Position numbers and translations under genes: made by a program
Origin: Epiperipatus broadwayi
Lineage: Eukaryota > Animalia > Onychophora
NCBI GenBank assembly: GCA_028023455.1
Contig: JAQFVV010000003.1
Coordinates: 19,282,001-19,346,000, forward strand
Length of the DNA stretch: 64,000 nucleotides
Direction: 5' to 3'
Shown: positions 14,801 to 27,125 of the stretch, in pieces
Layout of the letters: each line of letters begins with the position of its first letter
Position numbering within the stretch: the first letter of the stretch is position 1
The notes under the pieces: generated by a model
The model's input: only the letters and a program-made list of their open reading frames with translations
Database searches by the model: none
What the model was told of the DNA's origin: nothing

Positions 14801-15766
14801 CTGCTGTCCATGTGGTGGTCATCTCTTTAGTTCCTATTCGATCCCTGATTAGATAATGCCATGACTTTAGAATTGTCTATTTTAAGCAATGGCTTTGTTT
14901 ACATTATCTAATCCTTCTTGATAAATTACTTTATAGTTTCTCCTTAATTAAACTATTTAATTAGTCTAATGCTTTATCAAATATTGTGAATGCCCTTGGC
15001 ATCCACACACATACTTTTAGTTTAGCGTTAATATATCTTTATTACTTATAATACACAATTAGCAATCCATTTAGTTTTACATTTATAATTATTAACTAGT
15101 TATATGTATTTTGTGTATACATAAATATACATACACATTTAGCACTTTCCAACATACAACATGAACAAATCGAGTTTATGTGAAACTGCATTGTATCAAA
15201 AATAAGTAGAAAAATTTTTTAAGTTTTAGAACAGAATTTGAAACAAGGTTCGTAGATTTAAAATTTTTGGAAGACAAGTTTTCTTTATTTCCTTCAATTT
15301 TTTCAATAAATAAAGAGTCAATACCTAATCAAATGCAAATGGAGGTAATTGAGATCCAGTGTGATTCAGATTTGAAGGCAAAATTCAGTGAAGTTGGTGT
15401 GCCTGGATTTTACAAATCAAAAATACTTAAAAATTCATATATGAAATTAATTCCATGTTTGGAAGTATATATTATTGTGATCAAATTATTTACAATTATG
15501 AAAGAAAATAAGTCCCCTGTCAGCAAGTAATCACTGCAAATAAGATTTCCTCCAAAGTAGGAAAAACAGTAGCAAAGAAGAGATGCCAAGTATCAGGAAG
15601 AAAAAATTAATTTTACCATTGGTCTTCTTTTATTTTTTTTTCATACTATACTTTTTGAACTAAACCTACATTTATATGAAAATTGAAGTTTTTTTTTTTT
15701 TGCAGCCCACATAAACTTACATTTTGTTTATTTGGCCCATGTTAGTCTTTGAGCTTGACATGCGTT
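11829..15766 (+). mobile_element. Degenerate hAT (Charlie/SPIN/GTF2IRD2-like) DNA transposon interrupted by an LTR-element fragment
   Basis: Transposase remnants: KFQEKWELEYFCCEVKNKIICLICNNASSVLKLYDINCHY (12343), HCIVHQEVLC (about 13070), QMEVIEIQCDSDLKAKF (15267). Imperfect TIRs caagaatgtcaaact / gagcttgacatgcgtt; TSD aagtagag / gagtagag. Confidence 0.85.
13522..14620 (-). mobile_element. Ty3/Gypsy-type gag fragment with zinc knuckle, plus possible LTR piece
   Basis: 213-aa ORF with LT.YFNP...ARLHFRNRRQ, KQFLCGMSSDSLRQQLL and CFCCGKLGH (CX2CX4H). TGTAAC at about 14618 on the minus strand could be an LTR start (uncertain). Confidence 0.8.
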
Positions 15767-16109
15767 GAGTAGAGATTCAGCAAGTGATATATGTGATGTA
15801 TTTATGGTTCACAGGTTGGTTTGAATAATCATCACAACACTCATCTTTAATCTTTTATTGTTTGTTTTTCTATCTATCCTTGTTTTGTTTTTTTTACCTC
15901 TGGAATTATAATGATCATACTTATTTATGAGTGAGTGTAAATAATAACAATAATTCATATATTTAAATATTATCAGTATATAATCTATTGCCAAGAAATG
16001 TAAATTGACAACACTTTATAACCAGTGATAACTGGACATATTGATATAATTGGACAAATTGATTTTTACTTTTCAAGAAAAATGAAATGCTCACAATCAA
16101 ATAAAAAAT

Positions 16110-16270
16110 GTAAATGGTAAACTCACACAGGTAAAAAATTCTATATTAGTACATCTACTCGAAAAATGTAAGATAAAAGAGAAGAAAAATATATAAATGG
16201 CAAACTCAGACAGGTAAAAATTTCTATATTAGAACATATACTCCGAGAATGTAAAATAAAAGAAAAGAGT
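16110..16270. repeat. Tandem duplication, about 74-bp unit, 2 copies
   Basis: aaatggtaaactcacacaggtaaaaaattctatattag... is repeated with few substitutions. Confidence 0.8.
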
Positions 16271-16329
16271 TACACAAATTAATTTGCACATTGGAATAAA
16301 ATGTTGGTCTAAAATAAAAAATGCTAGTA

Positions 16330-16460
16330 ATTAAAACCGTCTCTTTGAGTTGCTTTCAAGGATTTTGGGTATTTCTGACTGATTATCAGAAAGGAGTTTC
16401 TAATTAAAACCCAAGATGACAAATTGGACAGATTTAAAACAAGATATGTTGTAACTTTTT
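16330..16460 (+). mobile_element. Possible Ty1/Copia RT relic
   Basis: Translates to ...LIKTQDDKLDRFKTRYV, similar to the copia motif FKIKxxxDGxIDRYKARLV; very short. Confidence 0.3.
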
Positions 16461-17957
16461 ATTAGTATTATTTTAGTATAATCATCTTTTCTTCATAATA
16501 ATCAATTTACTTTCTCCATTATGTCAAATAAAACACACACTCTCTCCTCAAGGTAATAAGAAGATAGAAGCCCCTTTTTCCTGTTATGCTTCTTTTATTA
16601 TCAAAATATTACACTTTATTAGGGATTAATGACAATCAATCAGAAACTTTGTTTTATTTTGTAAATTATTACAACTCTATATTTGTATCTCTGATACCTT
16701 GTACTCATTCTATCACTCCAAGGTGATTATTAATGCATTTAGAACTAATCCTATGATACTGCAATTGAGACTGTATTGTGTTTTAAAGCAAAACTTTAAT
16801 TAAAATAAAAATTTGTTAATTTAACATATGGCAAGGAAATTGCAAGAAATGTATCAGGAGCAAAAGATTACTTTAAATACTGCTTTTAATGATTTTATAA
16901 AGGCATTTGACTTCATTAAATAAACAGATTTGTGGCAGTGTTTCAAATTAATTGGTAGTCCACTAAAGTTTATTCATATTATGCGTCTTCTATATGGTGG
17001 AAACACAAGAAGGATTATTGTTGCAAATTGAAAATCTGTGGCATTTGAAATAAAAACTGGTGTTAAACAGAAATGTATATATTAACTCCAATTATGTTCT
17101 TGGATTTTTATAATATATGGATTTAAGTTTTATTTTAAATAGATTCAAATCAAACAACTTCACCTTCTTAGCTTCAGGATTTAAAATATAGTAATAACTA
17201 TGCTATCTTTGTCAATTCTAAAGATGATCACAGAAAGTTCTTAATATTTTGAACACAACATATAAAGTGTTTGGATATACAGCAATTAGTATTAAAAAAA
17301 AACCAAAAACTTAAGCTTTTTGTTAGTCAGTGATAGAAAATAAATCTTCAGCAACTTTTAACTTGGATGATTATCAACTTAAGAGCACGAGTCAGTTTAA
17401 ATATCTTGATAGCTCTCTAAGTAAAAAGGCAGAATTAGATGCCAATGTTGCTTTTGCTTTTATAATTACTGCAATTAAATTAGTTGTATATAAAGCTGTT
17501 ACTTTACTCAATTTATTATATGGAAGTGAGAATTGGATCCTCTACTGATATAATGTAAGGCATTAATTTTTTAAAGATATCTCGCAAAATTTCTAAAAAA
17601 TACAATGGAAAGATCTTAAGATCAGTCAATATGTTCTTCAGTTTGCTGGATATGATACCAAAGAATCTACTATTATAAAATCACAGCTTCAATGGATTGG
17701 ATATGAGAATTCTTCATAAGTATTTTATAATAAACTTGAGCATGGTCCATGTGAGACTCAGATTCTCTGTTTATATTATAAAGATTATTTAAAGTCACCA
17801 AAACATCACATAGTCACCATTTCCTATGCTCACACATATTGTTATTAGCAGTAGCAAATTCGCCATGCAGCAGTGCCACCCAGTGCAAGCTTTAGTAATC
17901 GATGGATGCAGGAAGGTTTGTGCATAAAATTCCCATGTAGTACTTACTCATCCAATA

Positions 17958-17999
17958 TCCCCAGACTAGTTTCTAGCTGGTGGCTTTCATCAGTGAGGA
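17958..17999 (-). ncRNA. Type I hammerhead ribozyme motif, intact core
   Basis: Minus strand: TCCTCA-CTGATGA-A-AGC(cacca)GCT-A-GAAAC-TA-GTC^TGGGGA. Stem I TCCTCA/TGGGGA, palindromic stem III ACTAGT; predicted cut between 17964 and 17963. Confidence 0.8.
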
Positions 18000-18584
18000 G
18001 TGCATCTCAATCTAAGGATCCTAGGTAATCCTCCAGCAGCCACTTTTTACCTATTTAGTTAACTATAAAGCTACGAGATCAAGATGAAAATGTATTAATG
18101 TTTTCAATCTAAGCCTATTTGCCTGTATATATAGATCTGAACCAGTTCAGCATCTATATATTTTGGTGTCTTTGGTTCATCAAAATCCAGTTACCATCAT
18201 TCCATAGGCAGGAATGGTATAAAATCACTAAAACATCACATGATAAACATTTCCTATGCTTACACAAGCAGTTATTAGTAGCAGCAAACTCACCATACAG
18301 TAGTAACAGCTTGTGTAAGCATAGGAAATAATGATCATGTGATGTTTCGGTGATTTTATACCATTCCTGCCTATGGAATGATCTGACTGTGGTTTTTGAT
18401 AAACCATGGACATCAAAATGTATAGATGATGAACTGAGTTTAATGGCTATAAAGGCAAATGGGCTTGGATTAAAAATATGAATGTTTTATTTTGAGCTTC
18501 TAGTCTTATAGTTAACTAAATAGATAAAAGATTGCTACTGGAAAGTTGCATAGAATCCTTAGATCTAAGTGCAATGCTTTCGAA

Positions 18585-18640
18585 TCCAAAGTTCTTCACT
18601 GATTAAAACCACAAGCTAGAAACTAGTCTGGGAATATTGC
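18585..18640 (+). ncRNA. Degenerate hammerhead motif (CTGATTA, G8 lost)
   Basis: tccaaagttcttca-CTGATTA-aaaccacaagcta-GAAACTAGTC-tgggaatattg. Confidence 0.6.
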
Positions 18641-19962
18641 ATGAAAAAGCACTAGATGAAGATTTTCTGCATAAACTTTCTTGCATCCATTGATTACTAG
18701 ACTTGCACTGGGTGGCACTGCTGTATGGAAAGTTTGCTACTATTAATAAAGGTTATTTCAAAGACCTTCTAAAGTAGTGCAATTTTTATTGTCTTCGTTG
18801 GGAAAATATAGATGAGCATAGAATAAAATGAACTATTAAGAATGAGATAAGGTGTTGAAGACTTTGAGAAAATTTAAGTTTGCTGCAGTAAAAATTAAAA
18901 AAGAATTACAAAATATCAAATAACAAAATAATGGATTAACATGTTTTATATGTAGATTCATACAGATTGATCTGTATAATCATTACAGTGTATTATTAAT
19001 ATTATTTTTTGTCTATTTTTAATCTCTCTTGGTATTAGAATGGCTATAACTATTGTAAGTCCCTACTACTGACATTAATAAAAAATCTTGAATGAAACCC
19101 TTATAAATTGTCAAACTATATATAATTTTTAAAAATATTTTTAAAACAAATGTTTTGTAACTTTAGAATTTTAAAATACTCTATTATTATATATCAAAAA
19201 ATTTAAATCATGAAACCAAATACATATTACTAATAGTATTTTTAAACTAAAAGCTAACTGATAATATTTTAAAGGACTATGAATTTAATTTTTACATATA
19301 CATTATAGTGTTTGACCTGCAATGTATCAATTTATATAACTTTGTGTAATTTGTATAAAAGACACTTTCTTTATGGGATTGAAAAGGCAAGATGGTTTAT
19401 ATACTGTGCTATTTGTCAATTACAATTCATGAGATATCTTCAGGGATCACAAAATTTGAGAAGATATATTCAAATTCATCAAAATATTTGACTTTGGACA
19501 AAACAATAATATGCACATTCTTGCTAAACCCATTAACTGCATAAATCAGAAACTGTCTATACATACATTAATATAAATTAAAAATTACTAAACAGTCAAA
19601 AATATCAATAACTTAACCAAATGATTATAAAAATGGATTTAATTATTTAAATCAAGTATTTAAACAATCTTGATTAAGCTCATTTGAAATATGATATATA
19701 TACATCAGTCAACAATGAATTTTAAATTATATCAATACAAAACTTGGAAGAATAATTTCAAAGCAATTCTCTTCATTAGCTATGTCAATATATTATTTAA
19801 TCTTAATTCACAATGAGATCCACAGAGGTTGCTTTAATGCTTTGATTCATAATTGTTCAGAGCTTTTTGATATAATAAATTATGTAATTGATCATATTTT
19901 AATGTTTTAGTTTGAAAATAAATTATAAAAGATAAATATCTTAATTGTTTTCTATTACTTAC

Positions 19963-20119
19963 CTAAGAAGCTGGAAAGCCGGAATTGCTCGTGCCCAATG
20001 AATGGATAAGAATAATAATCGAGATGCACTTTCACAAATAAAATGGACATTAAGATATGTAGGCATCGGAGAGGGTGTTGTCAGGTTAAATATACAATTT
20101 ACATCCGTTAGCAGCATAC
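19963..20119 (-). CDS. NR2C (TR2/TR4/Hr78): NR2C LBD exon: GMLLTDVNCIFNLTTPSPMPTYLNVHFICESASRLLFLSIHWARAIPAFQLL
   Basis: NR2C-diagnostic PSPMPxYLNVHxICESASRLLFLSxHWARxIP signature; cag acceptor, AG|gtaagt donor; 157 nt, phase 1 to 2. Confidence 0.97.
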
Positions 20120-20259
20120 CTGAATAGATTTTAAAGTTAAAAAAATGATTTTCTGACAAAAACAATGTTATTAAAAAATGTAATAAAAAGAAAAAGATAT
20201 TATTAATATGTTTATAAATATAAAAAATAAATAAATATTTACATATAAATTATATATAT

Positions 20260-20345
20260 ATGATGTGGAGAAGAGAGATTAGAGATCAGAAAAGATGGAT
20301 TGAACTTGGAGACTTTCTTTCTGCAGTGGATTGATAATGATGATA
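20260..20345 (+). mobile_element. Short 3' end of RTE LINE
   Basis: Same 3' terminus as 29350-29445, with a (TGA)n tail. Confidence 0.7.
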
Positions 20346-22699
20346 TATGCATGTTAAGTAGGTTTATCATAGCTCAGCAATCTTTTAATTAAAATTTCTC
20401 TTTCATTTAGTTTTATTATAGGAAGCTCTTAACATATTAACAACATACAAAATAATGATCACCATTAGATTATCATTATTTTTATGACAACTTTGCTTAT
20501 TAAAGTCTTTGACATAGATTAAAAATAGATATTAAAATAAAGTCCATTAAAGAGTGCCATGGTAGATATGACTAAAAATGGTTTTAGTGTACTGCTCATT
20601 TTGATTAAATACTCTATAGCTTTCACTACTGAATATGATTTCACCAAAAAACTGAACATTATAATGCATCTTGCAAATAATTTTATTATCAAAGACAGAT
20701 TTGCAAAACTTTCACTACTCCCTTTAGAGTGAAGTACTATAAGGTAATAATATTAATAATACCCACATCTCCAGAATAAAATTAAATGAATTTTGCTCCT
20801 GATAGTATATGATGAGTGTAAGCAGAAAAAGTTGTGATTTTTTTGATGGTATGAAGAGTTACCATTAAAAAAATCCTGGTTTAAGTAGTAAATTTATATC
20901 AATGTCAAATCAGCAATAATATTTTGCAGAGTTGTTTTTAGAGAATAAAAGAAAATGGAAAATATTATTCATTTAGATGTACTATTTTATTAAATGTATA
21001 TTGAATTGAATTACACATCATTTATTTTTATCAGCCTTCAAAAAAAAAGAATCGTGAGACTTTCAAAAATTCCAAATAATAAATTATTGCCTTTTCCCTC
21101 TTCTCAAAAATAATTAAAGATATTTGCTTTTTCAAAACAAAATTTTATTGTCATTAAAACCTAACTAGCCACCCATATTTAGAAAAAATAAACCAAGCAA
21201 CACCTATAGCTAATATATATGAAGATTATTAGTATTCGTTTTCAGGAACAATTCTTTTTATGATATTCCAGAGTTATATATTATTAGTTCTTGAAATTAT
21301 GTTTCATTTATAAGTTGATTGAGCTATATTTTTATTTGAACAATTCAGGTATAAAGCAATTTTTATTATTTAGATATCTAAATCTTTCTTCAAACCAAAT
21401 TTTATTTTTTACTTTGCATATTTCTAATTATTTATGCAGCTTTTCTATCATCTTTTGTTTAACTAATACATTATAAAAACTCCATAGTTGGTAATAAACT
21501 ACTTAATTGAAATTTGTTCACATTCTAAGTTCAGAAATTTCTTGTAAACATACACACCAAACATATGTTCAAATTAAAAAAAAAATAAATGCTACCTTTT
21601 TCAAAAATATATACCTAATAATATTCACTATTTATATTATTTTCTCGAATATTATCTGTTTATTTTGTAATTAATAATTTGTAAAGCACATATTCATTAC
21701 GTAAGTAATGTATATTAAGGCTATAACCTTAAGACTATGCACCTAGGCGACAGTAGAGACCTCTACAAATCTTAAAACAAGATTAACGACTTAATCTTGT
21801 GTTAAGATTTGTAGAGGCCCATAGTCTTTTATTTTCGGTAACTATTTTATTTTTCTAAACTGTAGCTTTCTTGTCTGTATAAGTTATACTAGTAAATACA
21901 TACTTGTAAATCATTATCTTCCTATCACTTTTGCTATATATTAGCCATTTTATTTGTTCGTTGATCTGTGACAATTCTGTTCCAAAGTTTATTGACGTAT
22001 ATTTTGAATAAGCTTTTAATGTTGAATTCAAATACAAAATCAGATTTTTCCCATCCGAAACTTCATTTTTTTGGAAGCCACATTACTGATGAGTATAATT
22101 ATAGGCTAAAAGAAAATAATTTTATTTAGAAATTTTTTTGCAAAATTAATTTAATTATTTGGAAAATAAGATCCAATAATATTAGCAAAAAAGAAAACTG
22201 TTCAAGTTAAATATGTTTTGATGTGTTAAAAGTTATGAGCCTAGTTTTTGCAAGTAGAACAATTACAAATCATTTTATTTATGATATGGTGTTAACAGAA
22301 TAATGTTAAATTAAAATCAATGCAATGCCCATTAAAATACTTTGACATAACGTGAACCTGTCTTAATCTCTCCAAATCCTCCTATGTATGTGGTGAGCTT
22401 ATCTTTAAATTCCATAACTTTATTTTATTTTGGATGTAAAGTAGAAAACCAAAGGCAGGTAGCTTGCATTTGTTGTGCTATATGTGCAAGACTATTCATA
22501 GTCAAGTTAAATGGTTCACATTACAGGCTATTTATTACTTCAATGCTTTGAGAGAACTGAAAAATCAAGAAATTACTATTTTAGCCTTATTATTACAAAA
22601 ACAATCATACAAAAACAACAGATTAGTAAAATACCCATCTCTAGTATCTGCAATGAAACTAATGTACTGTATTGTATTTTCAGCATCAAATTCTCCACA

Positions 22700-23830
22700 G
22701 CAATAATTTTAAGTAAAGAGGAATCAAATAAAGCTGAATCTATCATAAAGAAGAAGATGAAGAAATTTCTGATCCAACATTTCAGGGTTCTTGTTATCAA
22801 TGAACCACATTTACAGTCACAAGGAAATCTGAATGACCATATTTGTGATTTGGATTAATCTAAGAAGAAAGGCTAAACTTTTTAGATTCAAGATTAAAGT
22901 TTGAATGTATCATAGTCAAGTTTGTTTTGCAATTGTCATGATGAATTCAAAAGAAGGCTTTCCCCAAAAAGGCAGAAATGCACATTTGTAAAGATGTTAA
23001 CTGAATTATGAGGATCTTTATTTATAAATACAATGTAGATGAGTGGTGCTGTTCACCTTCCTTCCATACTTAGGATGAGTGCTGCAAACACAAAAGTCAT
23101 ACATCGTTTTTAAAAGAGATTTAGAACCAGAAATATAAGTGAAATGTCTATGGAACTCTAAAGATCATATCAGTTTGTTAATTCTACAGATACATTATAT
23201 CAAGCATTATTATTTTTTATGTAAGTGGAAAGTAGAACATAGGAAAATGTCTAAAGAATTGGCCAAAATGTATCCCATTTGTTCCACATAAACGTATTAT
23301 GAACACTCTACTTAATGATCCTAATTAAAACATGTTTTCCAACTTTTTGCATATCAAATTAGAATTTTTGAAACATTTTATTAAAGTGAAGGTTAAAATT
23401 TAGATTGTATTTGTATATGTAAAAAATAAGTTTCCTCAGGTCGGCAATTTAACGGAAATATTTTTCTAGTCCTGCAGATTAAAGAACTGTTAGGAGAAGA
23501 TAAATTTGAATGAATATAAGAAAGCTGCAAGGCAAAGTTTCAAAAGTTTATGTAAAAATATTTTGGGAACCCCCAAGGCTAAACACTATCCTGAGATAGT
23601 GGATAACCTTATTAATCAATAAACTATAATATATTTTGGACATCACATGAAGTTTTTCAAGAAACTCTGGATATAAGAAGTGATAAATATGATCTTCATT
23701 TTAATCAGGATATTTCCAATATTGAAAAGAATTACCAAGGCCAGAGAAGTTCCAGTACATGGAACAACTATTGTTGGATTCTTGACATAAAATACAGGGA
23801 AAATTAAACAAAGATATTTTATAGACTACA
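22700..23830 (+). mobile_element. Degenerate DDE transposase relic, tentatively Chapaev3/CMC-like
   Basis: LHIKLEFLKHFIKV (23347), then QIKEL, QDISNIEKNYQG and NYCWIL. These match the recalled family motifs LHIKLGLMKQFVKAL...GPQIRKL...FHQDISxMExRYQG...DYCW. The superfamily name is from memory. Confidence 0.55.
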
Positions 23831-24339
23831 AATTATGTTTTTTTTTTTTTTTGATGAGATTTTAATAAATATATAAATAATGGGTTTTACAAGTTAAACA
23901 CTCAGAAATACCTTTAGTTTTGAGGAGATGAAAATTTTTATTTATTCCCAGTATAAATCAAATTGAAAAAAAAAAAAAAATCACCTGCAAGTCCTTGGTA
24001 TAGCTTCAAACATATTAAATCTAATAATGACTATTTATTACTATTAAAATATTTCACGTACAAAATAAAAAAAATATAACACACAAATTAAACTGATGTG
24101 CTAAACATTATTTCATTTATTATTAAAAAAAATTTCCAATATGGTTTTTTTAATTAATATAGAACTGTTATGTGTTAATTAATTTAAAAAAGCTCAAATC
24201 TTTCCTAAAAATATAATAAATTATATGCAATTTTAATAATGAATATTCAGAGAATACATTGAAAATCCTAAAAACAACCCAAATAGATATAATAGTGCCT
24301 TTAATTCATTTAATAAAATTTAGTCCTACACTTGAAGTT

Positions 24340-24897
24340 AAGAATGCGTCAATCATCATCATCAACCATTATCAATCCACTGCAGGGTGAAAGTCTCTCC
24401 AAGTTCACTCCATCTTCTCCGATCTTTAGCTTCTCTTCTCCACATCATCCCTGCATATTTTCTTATTTCATCCATCCATCTCACATGTGGTCTCTTTCTG
24501 GGTCTTTTACAATCTCTTGGAATTCAGTTTTAAGATTTCAATTGACCTTCTATTATCATATCTTCTAGCAATATGTCCAGCCTAATTCCACTTCAGTCTT
24601 TTAATTTTTTCAATGAAGTCAGTAATACCTGTTTCTTCTTTTACCCATATATTGTGTTTTCGATCTCTTCATGTTACTCTCAACATGCATCTCTCCATAC
24701 TTCTTTGAGTGGTCTGAAGTCTCTGTATTGCTCTTCTATTAAGTGTCCAAGTCTCAGATCCATAAATAAGAACTGGTAAAACACTTTTATTAAAAACCTT
24801 TCTTTTCAAACACATAGGCATATTTCCTTTTAGTATAAAGTTATTTCTACCAAAAGCATTCCAACGAAGTTTAATTCTATGATTAATTTCATTCATT
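24340..24897 (-). mobile_element. 5'-truncated RTE LINE (RT C-terminus)
   Basis: EINHRIKLRWNAFGR...KVFNKSVLPVLIYGSETWTL...TQRSMERCML; (TGA)n tail at about 24353-24365. Confidence 0.9.
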
Positions 24898-26054
24898 ATG
24901 TATATGCTTTTAATATTGGCTTTTTTATTAGGTTTAGCTACAGAAACTTTTATATTTTTTAATTACAGATCTTATAAAATCTTGTCTACTATTCTAGTTC
25001 TAGCAACAATAACCTACTCTACTTTAAAACCATTTATGCAAACATAAGTAAGTGATGAACACTATATGACAATGGGATAGACTAATTTCTAGTTATAGTT
25101 GTTTGTGAATGAGGATTACTGATTATTCATTTACGTATAAATTTTTAAAATAAAAGTTATGAAGAATAAATTATAATAATTAATGACAGGAGAATATATG
25201 TCATTATGGAATAATGTTTAGCACATCTGTTTGCAATGATCTAGAATTCAAATCTAAATCTGGATCTTGGAGTACACACATCCTATAAATTTTTAACGGT
25301 TATAAAAAAGGCTTGGAACTTTTCTTTTAACAAATACAACTAGCCACTCTATTATTGATGAGCAAATGATTAAAGATCATAATTAATATGGATTGAATAT
25401 ATGTAGTTAAGCTGATTGTAAAAAAAATATCATTATAATAATATATGGTTTTCATTTCCAATGGAGGATACACCATACTTTTACAGATAATGAGCTCTTG
25501 ATTTACTTTTGGAAGAACAATATGATGCTTATTTGTTTTGATATAGATTATTTTGGTACTGGATAGTTCATATTTTTTTTTCATTTCATTGAATCAAGGT
25601 TTGTCAGATGCTAAATCATCAGCATATTCAATAATGTCATAATTTAAAATAATCTACTGTTGTTCTGACCAAAGCACTGGACTTTATTAAAAATTATTAA
25701 TTTTATTTTTTGGATTGATCATTAATTTTTGCACTTTCTATATATTTTTATTAATGCAATAATTTTTTCAAGAAAATTATTCTAAGTGAAAATTTTAAAT
25801 ATTTAAAAGTTAAAAATTTAAATAATTTGATCATGTAATCTTTTTTTATTTTCATTTCAAAAGAGAGATTATATTATATGCTGTCATAAACTTCCCTAAT
25901 TCCTTTTGATATGAATACATTATATATCCATATTGTACATACATTCTGTGAGTGGATTGGAAAGATCTCATGTTATGGTGGTAACATCTGCTTGCCATAT
26001 CTATGATTTGGGATTTGAAATCAGACTGCATAAAACGGCAATATGTTTCAGATT

Positions 26055-26362
26055 AATACACTAAACATCACATGATCATCATTCTTTATGCTTACACAAG
26101 CTGTTTACATAGAGGCTAAACTCTCCATATAGTAGCGCCACTCAGGGCAAACCAGAGTAATTAATGGATGCAAGAAAGTATGTGCATAAAATCCCTATCT
26201 AGTGCCTACTCAACCAATATCCCCAGACTAGTATCTAGCTTGTGATTTTTATCAGTGAGGAGCCTTGGATCTGAAAGCACTGCACCTACATATTAGGATT
26301 TTCGCATCCATTGATTACTCTGGCTTGCACTGAGTGGCACTACTATATGGAGAGTTTAGTTC
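26055..26362. mobile_element. Family A hammerhead retroelement: truncated unit plus short inverted piece, with TSD
   Basis: Direct segment 26055-26300, inverted segment about 26305-26362. Flanked by tatgtttcagatt at 26042-26054 and 26363-26375. Its hammerhead (26213-26268, minus) is degenerate (CTGATAA, GATA). Confidence 0.85.
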
Positions 26363-27049
26363 TATGTTTCAGATTCTAAGCAGATTTTCAAATAGCTATC
26401 CCAATCAATCTAGATAACTATTTAATTAATAATCAATAAATGTATATGTATTTATTTTTAGCTAAAGAAATTCTGGATGAGTATTACTTTTTTTTTTTCA
26501 CTGTTTTTGCTAGAGGAATTCTAAAGAGGTCATTGGTAGGTAGTGGATTATTTAAAAGCAAGTTATTATAGCCTTCCCTCTTCTATATTTACATATATAT
26601 TAATTTAAGAATTTTTATGTACTTATGTAAATATTGAAATATAATTGGAATTTTTCCATGTAATAATCTAAATAAAATTTCAGCTATGATGTAACCAGGA
26701 AACCAATTAAAATTCCATAATGAAAGCTGAAATCACATATTTTGGTAATAATAATATTTATCATATTAAGTGCAACCAATTTTAGTTTAATAGTATAGTT
26801 AATATAAAAATAATGAATCAGATATACCATTTTATGTTGATTATTACATGGAAAAACTCCTATGATATTTCAATGTTTATACACATATATAAATTTATTT
26901 TACTATTTTTTAACTATGTATTATTTCAAACATCCATAATTTTTTTTCCCTTTTGAAAACTCTTTAATTCCTTTTCTGAAAAAATGAGGATATTACATGA
27001 TATTAGTTATACTACATTATGTATGCCATCTGTCATCATTGAATCTTAC

Positions 27050-27125
27050 CTTCGATCTCAATAAAAGCCTCCCCATCTACTCCAGCACAACAAGTATGAT
27101 CTGAATTTAAGTTCGAATTAGTTAT
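27050..27125 (-). CDS. NR2C (TR2/TR4/Hr78): NR2C small exon missed by the ORF track: ITNSNLNSDHTCCAGVDGEAFIEIE(G)
   Basis: ttttcag acceptor, G|gtaaga donor; 76 nt, phase 0 to 1, exactly the phase needed to bridge its neighbours. IEIEG resembles TR4 IEVEG. Confidence 0.88.

Larger units (their letters stand above)
17800..18752. mobile_element. Family A hammerhead retroelement: about 430-bp unit, partial second unit, then an inverted unit
   Basis: aaacatcaca recurs at 17801 and 18231 (430-bp period). The inverted copy runs about 18306-18752. Degenerate TSD ttatttaaagtcacc / ttatttcaaagacc. Confidence 0.85.
16885..18880 (+). mobile_element. Degenerate RTE-clade LINE (RT and C-terminus), split by a hammerhead element
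   Basis: DFxKAFD-like motif at about 16890, QFKYLDS, LLYGSENW, LQWIG and YKDYLK; resumes after 18753 with KDLLK*C...RWEN...GVEDFEK. Confidence 0.65.

Noticed and set aside
22081-22125. Extra hammerhead (plus strand CTGATGA)
   Set aside because: No coherent stems around the core; a chance match in AT-rich DNA.
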